A program made the translations under genes and the position numbers. The notes beneath the pieces were generated by a model that saw nothing but the letters and a program-made list of their open reading frames with translations, ran no database searches and had not been told where the DNA came from. Below are positions 28,435-38,268 of a DNA stretch of 64,000 bases, piece by piece. Source of the stretch: Rebecca billardiae RCC1528 (taxonomy: Eukaryota > Protista > Haptophyta). Location of the stretch: the NCBI GenBank assembly GCA_965240325.2, contig OZ251223.1, positions 2,604,001-2,668,000 of the forward strand. Direction: 5' to 3'. The first letter of the stretch is position 1. Every line of letters begins with the position of its first letter.

Positions 28435-29090
28435 TCAACCCGCAGGCATATGCGTTCTCGCTGGCCTGCGTTCGGCGCCCGAGCATCCTCGGTAGACGTG
28501 TGGCGTGCCGGCCCACGGTCCGCCGCGCGCCCTCGCCCTGCTCATCTTCATCGTCTCCTCATCCTCCTCGTCGTCCGCGCCGCCGCCGTGCGCCAGCGCC
28601 TCCGCCAGCGCGGCGCCGCGCAGGTGCTCGCGGAACAGCGCGACGGCGCAGAGCGCGCCGGCCGGCGTAGCGCCGGCGGGCGGGCGCGCGGCGCTCAGCG
28701 CGGTGCCGAGCAGCCCGCCGAGCGCGCGCAGCTGCACACCCGCCGGCAGCTCGAGCAGCGCCGCGTGGCACGCGCCCGCGCCGGCGGCGCCGAGCTCCGC
28801 GCACAGCACGGACAGCCCTCGTGCCCACGCCGCCGCGCGCCCGCCCGCGCCCGCGGCGTGCAGCGCGCCGAGCGCGGCGCCGAGCGCGGCGCGCGCTGCG
28901 GACGTGTCGGCGGCGCACAGCGCACCCGCCGCCGCGCCCACCAGCGCGGGCAGCTGCTCCGCCGCCGGCCGCCCCGCGGCGGCGCACGCGCCGAGCGCGC
29001 GCAGCGCGAGCGCGCTCGTCTGCACGTCCTCCGCCTTGAGCGCCTCCCAGCCCGCGCCGCCGCCGCCGCACGGCGTACAGCGCTCTGCCG
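28435..29090 (-). pseudogene. Ala/Leu-rich helical (ARM-like) coding fragment without a clear start
   Basis: Protein-like stretch WEALKAEDVQTSALALRALG...LFREHLRG...DDEEDEE with host-like codon bias; lies inside element A. Confidence 0.4.
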
Positions 29091-29329
29091 AGCAGAGCGC
29101 AAAGCGCGCGCCGCTTTGCACACGCGGCACACGCGAGCAGCTTGAGCACGCTCGCCGCGCCTTACGCGGCGCGCGCTGCCGCTCGCCGCCGCTGCGCTCG
29201 ATGCGAGCGCGGCCGCCGCCGCGGCAGCGCGCGGGCCGGGCGGCTGCGAGGACCCGGGCGCGCTCGTGCGCAAGCGGCGGCGCCCGGTGGGCGGCGCGGC
29301 GGCGCCCGCCGACGCGCACGGCAAGAGCG

Positions 29330-30180
29330 AAGGCTGCGGTGCGCTGAGTGACGCCGAGGTGGAGGCCGCGGCCAGCGAGCTCGCGCGGCCCGGCGCGCGC
29401 GCGGTGCGGCTCGGGCTGGGGCACGAGGCGCGGACGGCGGCGCGCTCGGCGGCACCGGCGCGCTGGATGCGCTCGCCTGCCCGCTCGCGCGGCACGCGGC
29501 TGCAAGGCGCAGCGCGAGCCGCCGGGCTAGGCCGCGTGCGCCGAGGCGGGCGAGACGCTCGGCGTGCTCGGCGGCGCGCTCGGCATCACGGCGCGCTGCT
29601 GGCGGCGCTGCTCGCGTGCCCTTCCATCGTCTCGCTCGCCACATCCGCCGCGACGGAGCAGTCCAGCAGCAGCACCGTCTCCGGCATGCGCACGCTGGCG
29701 CTCGCGCACGCCAACTGCGAGTGCGGAGGCGCTGGGCGCCGAGCTGGCGAAGCGCGGCGCCGAGCTCGACGCGCTGCGCGACGCGGCGACGGACGCGCTG
29801 CCGCTGGGCGCGCGTGGCGCCCTCGTCGCGACGCCCCGTGCAGCAGCTCGAGCAGCCAGCTGTGGAGTAGACGGCCGTCGAGGCGATCGGCGCCGGGTGC
29901 CAGCGCGCACGGGCTCAGCCCGTGCCGCTGGCTCGGGCCGCCGCAGCCGTCTTCGAGGCCGACGCGGCGGAGGAGGCGGCGGGCGAGCTGACGGCGGCGC
30001 GGTCCGGCGGTGGAGCAGGCGCGCACGCGCGGCGGCAGGCGCGACGCGCCGCTCGCCTCGTTCCACCCCGAGCTCCGCTCGGTCTCGGTGCGCGGCTGCC
30101 GGTAGCGCAGGCCGGGGCAGCACTGCGTGGCGCGCGCTCTCGCTCCGTCTGCCGGCACGAGGTGCGCCGGCTGAGTGAGC
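29330..30180 (+). pseudogene. Frameshifted coding-like fragment
   Basis: Protein-like segments switch between frames (ALSDAEVEAAASELA; GALLAALLACPSIV; AEALGAELAKRGAELDALRDAA; AVFEADAAEEAAGELTAA). Confidence 0.35.
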
Positions 30181-31525
30181 GACCAGCGGCCCGTCGTCGA
30201 GCGCATGGCGCCGCGCGAGCACCTCAAGCAGACTGTGCGCCCGCACGCGCGCACGCGCCGGCCCGCGCCGCGCGGCGCCTATCGCCCTGCCTGCGCGCGC
30301 GCGCCGCCCCCGCGGCGGCGGCCGCTTCCCCGCGCGGCGGCCCGCCGGCGACAGTCCTCGGCCCGCCGGCCCGGTGGGCGGCAACTGAGTTGTGGCGGTG
30401 GCAGCTCCGAGGCGAACGAACTGTTACACATGATTGTCCGACTGAGACAGCACTCAGCAGCCGACGGAGGGTGCACCGCGGGCCCCTAACTGCGTTGGTT
30501 CTACGGAAGGACCGCGGAACGCGGTCATATATATATATATTTAACGACGTGGCAGCATCGGACAAGCGTCAGGCTCAGAGTGCAACAGACACATAGAATG
30601 CGTCCGCGCCTTCCGTCCAGGTCAGACAGTGCGCCACCCGCAGCCCTGCCCCCCTACGGGTGCGGGGCCGGGATGGCCACTCGGGCACCGCCTCGGCCTG
30701 GGGCACGCGGCGGCGACGGCAGATGCCGCCGCGGCCGAGCGCCTTCCGGAGCACTTGGATGAGGGTGAGGTCGTAGTCGATGTCGCCGCCCGCCGACCTA
30801 GCGGCGAGCAGCTCCGGCAAGCGGCAGCCGCGGCTGTCGCCCCCGTGCGCCCGCGTGGGCGCCTGGATGAGGATGAGGTCGTAGTACGCGTCGCCGCGCG
30901 CCGGCCAAGCGGCGCGCTGCTGCAGAAGAGGGGCTTGGAGAGTGAGCGCGCCGCCTAGTGCGCTCTGGGCGATGAAGCAGATGAGGCGGTAGTCGATGTC
31001 GCAGCCCGGCCCGCCGGCGGGCTGCTGCAGATGCAGTGCTTGATTGATGCTGGGGAACCTGGCCCCTGGGCTCGTCACACCCCGCACCCCCTGTCCCACC
31101 TAGGGTGGAGCGAGGGGCACCGTGGAGGCCAGCGCGGAGCGCCAAGGGCCAGATGGGTGCAGCGGCGTCCACCTGCTGCATCGCCCCCCGAGGCGATGCA
31201 GCCGGCGGCCGGCTGGAGAAAGAGGGTGCCAGTGCCTATCCCGGACCCGCTGCGTGTGGTTGATCTCCGCGTGCACGTGCCACTGCCAGCGCAGAGCAGT
31301 CGAATCGAACGTCGCGGGGTCAGCTGGCGACCCGCGCGCTCGGCCCGCCCGCCGCGAGACACTCCTGGCGGTGCCCCACCGAGTCCCCGGGAACGGGCGG
31401 GGAGATGAACGGGGGAGCCGGCCCGGAGGGCCCGTCGGCAGCCGTGAAGCAACCGGGCACCGGCTCGGAGCCGGGACAACCTGAAGGGCGCGTGGGGAAA
31501 GGCGGCATGCCTCGTCGCAGGTCCG

Positions 31526-31550
31526 TATATATATACATATATATATATAT
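31526..31550. repeat. Short interrupted (TA)n microsatellite
   Basis: Read directly from the sequence. Confidence 0.9.
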
Positions 31551-31580
31551 CGTCGGCAGCCGCTGAACGGTGCAAGCTGC

Positions 31581-32504
31581 TCAGGCCCTCACCCGCCTGG
31601 CCATCACCACGGGTCGTACATGCGACTGCGTCGATACGACGCTGGCTGTGACCAGCGGCGGCAGCTGCGATGATCGCGGCCGCCGCGCTGCCACAACGTC
31701 AGAGGGTGTGGCTGTGCTGCTGGTGCGCTTCCGCTGTCGCTTGGCGGCGCTCACTTCTTTGGTGCTCGTCATGTCTTCCTCCAGCCCGCGATTGTGCGCA
31801 CCACTCCGATGGCGCTTCATGCCGGCCAGCTTGTGCACAGCGCACCGGCTGGCACGCGCGTCACCCGCCATGCCGAATGAAGGCCGCGTGGTGCAGCCCG
31901 TGTGATCGCACTTGCGGTGCTGCAGGTCGACCATGCCGGCCAGCATGTGCGTAGCGCACCGGCTGGCGCGCGCGTCGCCGGGCATGCCAAAGTAAGGCCA
32001 CTTGGTGCAGCCCGCGTGATCACACTTGCGGTTCTTCACGTCGACCATGCCAGCCAGCTTGTGCGTAGCGCACCGGCTGGCGCGCGCGTCGCCGGGCATG
32101 GCGAATGAAGGCCGCGTGGTGCAGCCGGTGTGATCACACTTGCGGCTCTTCAGGTCGACCATGCCGGCCAGCTTGTGCGTAGCGCACCGGCTGGCGCGCG
32201 CGTCGCCGGGCATGGCGAAGTGAGGCCGTGTGGTGCAGCCGGTGTGTTCGCACTTGGGGTTCTTCACGTCGACCATGCCGGCCAGCTTGTGCGTAGCGCA
32301 CCGGCCGGCGCGCGCGTCGCCGGGCATGCCGAATACAGGCACCTTGGTGCAGCCCGCGTGATCGCACTTGCGGTTCCTCACGTCGACCATGCCGGCCAGC
32401 TTGTGCGTAGCGCACCGGCTGGCGCGCGCGTCGCCGGGCATGGCGAATGAAGGCCGCGTGGTGCAGCCGGTGTGATCGCACTTGCGGCGCTTCAGGTCGA
32501 CCAT
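31581..32504 (-). CDS. EsV-1-7 cysteine-rich repeat protein (6 x 38 aa); start uncertain
   Basis: KCDHxGCTxxPxFxMPGDARAxRCATHKLAGMVD(V/L) repeated with a 114-nt period. Basic C-terminal KRQRKR. The ORF is open upstream to 32732. Confidence 0.8.
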   Translation of the reverse strand: MVDLKRRKCDHTGCTTRPSFAMPGDARASRCATHKLAGMVDVRNRKCDHAGCTKVPVFGMPGDARAGRCATHKLAGMVDVKNPKCEHTGCTTRPHFAMPGDARASRCATHKLAGMVDLKSRKCDHTGCTTRPSFAMPGDARASRCATHKLAGMVDVKNRKCDHAGCTKWPYFGMPGDARASRCATHMLAGMVDLQHRKCDHTGCTTRPSFGMAGDARASRCAVHKLAGMKRHRSGAHNRGLEEDMTSTKEVSAAKRQRKRTSSTATPSDVVAARRPRSSQLPPLVTASVVSTQSHVRPVVMARRVRA

Positions 32505-32791
32505 GCCGGCCAGCTTGGCGCACAGGAGCAGCGCCTCGGCCGGCAAGGCGAGATGACCAGGGGGGGCATGGCTTTTTGGAGCGTGTGGCAGGCGCCCGGG
32601 CGCCCCCGGCCGGGTACTGCTCACCACGGATGCCTCTGATGAGCAACCACCGGCCGCCGAAACAGTTTTCTTGTCGCCGTTGCCGCTTCCACGGGTGCGC
32701 AGCACTGCTCGAACGAGCAAGCCCGACGACACTGGATCTTCCGCTTCGGCCCGAACGACGGCAGTGACGCCCTCTCACGCGAGCGCACACA

Positions 32792-35700
32792 ATGGATGAG
32801 CTCTCCACGCGCTGGGGAGACGTGCTGAGCCTCCTCGAGCCAGAGGACAGGCGCGTCGTGCAAGACGAGCTTGAGAGCAAGACGCGCGATGAGCAGGCCG
32901 CCATGCTGCAGGAGGTGCGGCAGCTGTGCTGCGCGCAGCGCCACTTGCTGCACCCGCATGTTGACCATGCACGCTCACGTGGGTCTCGGCGCGTGCACTG
33001 CGCCCATCGCGCGCGCAGGTGTACGATAGCATCCGCGATGGCAAGCTTGAGCTCTCCAGCGCTGCGCTCGCTGCACGGTAAGCCCGCAGCGTGCTGCTTT
33101 CGCACTGCCGCGGAATGGCAGCGCGCTGACACGCGCGACGGGCGCCGCGGGCTCACTGCCGCCGCTGGCGCGCCCGCCCGCCGACGCGCGTTCTCCTTCA
33201 GGAGCCCTCCTTCCGCGCAGGCCAGCTCGAAGCACGGCGGCTCGCCGCCCGGCCGCCGATCCTCCCTCGGGCTGACCACGCTCCCGACGGCCAGCTCCAA
33301 GTTCAGCGACGCCAAGTGGCAGGAGGCCTGGAGGCTGATCGACCTGTCGGACCTGCGCGACCACCCGCTGTGGCTGATGGAGCTGCACGACGTGCTCTTC
33401 AGCGCCTTCCACGAGCTGCACTCGATCTTCACCTTCTACTGCAAGGTGCGCCTCCCCGCCGCGCGCGAGCGTGCCTCCGCCAAAGGCAAAGCCGTGCGCT
33501 CCCTGCACGGGCGCGTGCTCACCCTCTCCCACACCGCCGGCCCCGCCGCGTGCTGCCGCGCGCGCAGAGCATCGCGGGCGCGGAGACGGCGCGCGACGCC
33601 GAGCTGATGGATATGCACGAGTGGCTCGTCTTCATCCGCGACTGCAAGGTGGCGTCGAAGAGCTTCAACCGCGGGCTGGCCGAGAACGTGTTTGTGACCG
33701 CGACGAGCCACGTGCACCGCCCCACCTCGCTCGAGGACGCGGACCGGCAGATGGCGTTCTACGAGTTTGTGGAGGCGATCTGCCGGTGCGCGCACCTGCG
33801 CGAGAACTACTCGTCGCTCAGGCGGCACGTGCCGCTGCCCTCGTGCGTCGAGGCGATGCTGGACGAGTGCATCCTGCCCAACGCCAAGCGTGACACGTCG
33901 CTCGCCGTGCGAGAGATGATCGAGAACGACCGCGGCATCGGCAAGGCGTTCGAGGTGTACGGCGGCGCACTGCGCGGTCTGCACAACCAGCTGGTGGGCG
34001 TGCGGCACACGCACGAGTCGACGGGCCAGCCGACGATCTCGATGGAGCAGTACATCGAGCTGCTGCACGCGCGCGGCGTGCTGGGCGACGTGAACGTGCG
34101 CCAGCTGTCCGAGGTGCGCGTGCCCAAGCACACGCTCAAGATGTACCGCGCGACGCTCACGGTGGCGAAGGCGAAGCGCTCGTTCGTCGAGAGCCAGCGC
34201 GCGGAGGAGCGGCAGGCGGGTATGCTGGCGAGCAACGACCTGGTGACCGAGCTCGACTTTGGCGAGTTCCTCGAGTGCCTCGCGCGGTGCGGGCTGCTCA
34301 AGTACGAGCAGATCGAGCAGATGCAGCCGGCCGACCGCGTGACCGCGCTCATCCTCAACGTGCTCGGCCGGATGGACGTGGCGTCGGTGGTGACGGCGGC
34401 GACGCTCGTGCGCGCCAAGTCCACGTTCGACGCGCGTCGCGACTCGCAGCCGCTGCCCGGGCAGACCGAGTCCGAGCACGCCAAGTGGCTGGAGTGCTGG
34501 ATGCTGCTCGACCTGTCCGACCTGCCCGAGCACCCGGAGTTCCTCGAGGAGCTGCACGAGGTGCTGCACGGCGCGTACCCCGAGCTGCGGCTGATCTTCC
34601 CGTTCTACTGCAAGGTGCGCGCGCGCGCGTGGTCTCGCGTGCGTGGTGGCGCGTGTGCGCACGCGGGCGCGTTCCACGTGTCGTGCGGCGTTGCTGACGC
34701 GCGTCACGCGGCCCGCGCCCCGTTGTCCCCCCCGCGCGCACGCAGAGCATCGCGGGCGCGGAGACGGCGCGCGACGCCGAGCTGATGGACATGCACGAGT
34801 GGCTCTCGTTCATCCGCGACTGCAAGGTGGCGTCGAAGAGCTTCAACCGCGGGCTGGCCGAGAACGTGTTTGTGACCGCGACGAGCCACGTGCACCGCCC
34901 CACCTCGCTCGAGGACGCGGACCGGCAGATGGCGTTCTACGAGTTTGTGGAGGCGATCTGCCGGTGCGCGCACCTGCGCGAGAACTACTCGTCGCTCAGG
35001 CGGCACGTGCCGCTGCCGATCTGCGTGCGCAACATGCTGGACGAGTGCGTGCTGCCGCACGCGGAGCGCGACGGCTCGATGGAGGTGCGCGCGCTGATCG
35101 AGAACGACCGCGGCATCGGCAAGGCGTTCGAGGTGTACGGCGGCGCGCTGCGCAGTCTGCACAACCAGCTGGTGGGCGTGCGGCACACGCACGAGTCGAC
35201 GGGCCAGCCGACGATCTCGATGGAGCAGTACATCGAGCTGCTGCACGCGCGCGGCGCGCTGGGCGACGTGAACGTGCGCCAGCTGTCCGAGGTGCGCGTG
35301 CCCAAGCACACGCTCAAGATGTACCGCGCGACGCTCACGGTGGCGAAGGCGAAGCGCTCGTTCGTCGAGAGCCAGCGCGTGGAGGAGCGGCAGGCGGGCA
35401 TGGTGGCGAGCAACGACCTGGTGACCGAGCTCGACTTTGGCGAGTTCCTCGAGTGCGTCGCGCGGTGCGGGCTGCTCAAGTACGAGCAGATCGAGCAGAT
35501 GCAGCCGGCCGACCGCGTGACCGCGCTCATCCTCAACGTGCTCGGCCGGATGGACGTGGCGTCGGTGGTGACGGCGGCGACGCTCGTGCGCGCCAAGTCC
35601 ACGTTCGACGCGCGTCGCGACTCGCAGCCGCTGCCCGGGCAGACCGAGTCCGAGCACGCCAAGTGGCTGGAGTGCTGGATGCTGCTCGACCTGTCCGACC

Positions 35701-37840
35701 TGCCTGAGCACCCGGAGTTCCTCGAGGAGCTGCACGAGGTGCTGCACGGCGCGTACCCCGAGCTGCGGCTGATCTTCCCGTTCTACTGCAAGGTGCGCGC
35801 GCGCGCGTGGTCTCGCGTGCGTGGTGGCGCGTGTGCGCACGCGGGCGCGTTCCACGTGTCGCGCGGCGTTGCTGACGCGCGTCACGCGGCCCGCGCCCCG
35901 TTGTCCCCCCCGCGCGCACGCAGAGCATCGCGGGCGCGGAGACGGCGCGCGACGCCGAGCTGATGGACATGCACGAGTGGCTCTCGTTCATCCGCGACTG
36001 CAAAGTGGCGTCGAAGAGCTTCAACCGCGGGCTGGCCGAGAACGTGTTTGTGACCGCGACGAGCCACGTGCACCGCCCCACCTCGCTCGAGGACGCGGAC
36101 CGGCAGATGGCGTTCTACGAGTTTGTGGAGGCGATCTGCCGGTGCGCGCACCTGCGCGAGAACTACTCGTCGCTCAGGCGGCACGTGCCGCTGCCGATCT
36201 GCGTGCGCAACATGCTGGACGAGTGCGTGCTGCCGCACGCGGAGCGGGACGGCTCGATGGAGGTGCGCGCGCTGATCGAGAACGACCGCGGCATCGGCAA
36301 GGCGTTCGAGGTGTACGGCGGCGCACTGCGCGGTCTGCACAACCAGCTGGTGGGCGTGCGGCACACGCACGAGTCGACGGGCCAGCCGACGATCTCGATG
36401 GAGCAGTACATCGAGCTGCTGCACGCGCGCGGCGCGCTGGGCGACGTGAACGTGCGCCAGCTGTCCGAGGTGCGCGTGCCCAAGCACACGCTCAAGATGT
36501 ACCGCGCGACGCTCACGGTGGCGAAGGCGAAGCGCTCGTTCGTCGAGAGCCAGCGCGTGGAGGAGCGGCAGGCGGGCATGGTGGCGAGCAACGACCTGGT
36601 GACCGAGCTCGACTTTGGCGAGTTCCTCGAGTGCCTCGCGCGGTGCGGGCTGCTCAAGTACGAGCAGATCGAGCAGATGCAGCCGGCCGACCGCGTGACC
36701 GCGCTCATCCTCAACGTGCTCGGCCGGATGGACGTGGCGTCGGTCATCGAGGCGGCGACGCTCGTTCGCGCCGGGACCACCTTCAACGCCCGCACCGACT
36801 CGGAGCGCCTGCCGGGCGAGTCCCCCGCCGAGCACGACAAGTGGCTCAAGATGTGGCTGATGGTCGAGGCAGGGCTCGCCGACCTCCACGGCTTCCCTCT
36901 CTGGCTCCGGGTGCGCGCCCTGCCGCGCAAAGCACGCGCGCGCGCGCGCCTCCGCGTGGCTCGGGCGCGCGCGCGGCGGTCTGGCTGACTCGCTCGGTCG
37001 CGCGTGGGCGGACCTCCCGCGGCCGCGCGTGCCCCGCCTCGACGCGCGCAGGACGTGCACGACATGCTGCACGCGGGGCTGCACGACCTGGGCGAGTCGT
37101 ACAAGATGCTCTCGACGCAGGGCGGCGCCGAGTTCGGACTGGACTTCGCCGTTTGGGACCGGTTCGTGCAGTCCAAGGCCACGCGCGTGCCCGGCGCGTT
37201 GGACGCGCCCGATCTGAGCGACACCTCGCAGCTCATCTTCAACGCGTGCACCACGAGCATCGCCGGCCTGCCGCGGCTCACGTTTGGCGGCTTCCTCACG
37301 GTGCGCGCGCGGTGCCGCCCGCTGGCGCGCGTCTCGCGGCGTGCGCGAACGCTCTGACGCGTCCGTCAGGACCCGCCCTGCACATCGCGGCCTGCGCGTG
37401 CGCGTGCCCATTCCCGCCCACCGCAGGCTCTGCCGCGGCTTGCGTTCTCGCTGGCCAACCCACGATTCGGCGATCGCGGGCGGCAGAATCTGGACGGCAC
37501 GTACGTGCCCGTGCGCGTGCAGCCGGTGCAATGGGCGCTCGTCAGCCTCCTTGATGCGATGGATGTCCGCGCAGCTCGCGGCGGCGCCATTCCGACCTCG
37601 CGGATGAGCGGCAGCAAGTCGCCGCGTCCGCTGAAGTCGCCGGGCGCTCGCGCCGCCGCAGAGGGCACCTCGGCGCGCTCGCCCTCATCGCCGGCGGCGG
37701 CAGGCGTGCGCAAGGCGTGGAGCGCGGAGCGCGGACCGCGATCAGCCTCGCGCCACGCGCACAGTGACGGCTTTGGCGGCCGCGGGCCCTCGAGCGCTTC
37801 GCCCGCGCGGCAAGGGCAGCGGGTGCTGGTGACGCCATGA
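32792..37840 (+). CDS. Spliced gene for an EF-hand-like/p25-alpha-like repeat protein. Proposed exons 32792-32914, 33019-33077, 33202-33445, 33568-34614, 34746-35792, 35924-36910, 37052-37300, 37427-37840
   Basis: All junctions are GT..AG and frame-compatible. Motifs IFxFYCK, MDMHEWLxFIRDC, MAFYEFVEAICRCA and LDFGEFLECLARC. Confidence 0.75.
33568..36744 (+). repeat. 1178-bp tandem duplication (1047-nt exon + 131-nt intron), ~2.7 copies
   Basis: Near-identical units start at 33568, 34746 and 35924; the introns are included. Confidence 0.95.
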
Positions 37841-38268
37841 TGACGATATTGTCGCGATTATTATTGTCGGATTGAGTTTCTAATCATGCAGTTTCATGAG
37901 CGTCATTGTGCTCCCCATGCTGTTCGATATTTTTAGCGACGTATGTAACCGACCATCAGGCTTCTAACCGGCACCCGTGCAAAGCCGGGTAATATTCATC
38001 CCATAATATGACGACGGCTCAGTCAATATGACCGGCAACTATCTATTACACCCAACTATACCCGCTTTCACATTACCCGCGTACGTCGACCAAATCGACG
38101 CAGCCGGGCCCGGGTAGTAGCCGGGCAAGCCGCTCGCCGGGGACGAGCCGCGCGCCTAAGGCCGCAGATTCGCGCTCCGGCGGTCGCTGCCGCTTCGCAC
38201 GAGCCGCTCACACACTCAGGCCAGCTCGTGCTCCTCATCACCCTTGGACGTGCTCACAGGCGGCAGCC

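Larger units (their letters stand above)
27591..30526 (+). mobile_element. Non-autonomous Helitron2/Helentron-like element (copy A) with gene-fragment cargo
   Basis: 13-bp inverted pair GGCCCGCGGTGCA at 27593-27605 and its reverse complement at 30472-30484. Terminal hairpin GACCGCG-GAA-CGCGGTC (30510-30526). (AT)n on both sides. Confidence 0.7.

Noticed and set aside
33316-36988. Three separate tandem genes suggested by the ORF track
   Set aside because: GT..AG introns join them in frame into one gene.
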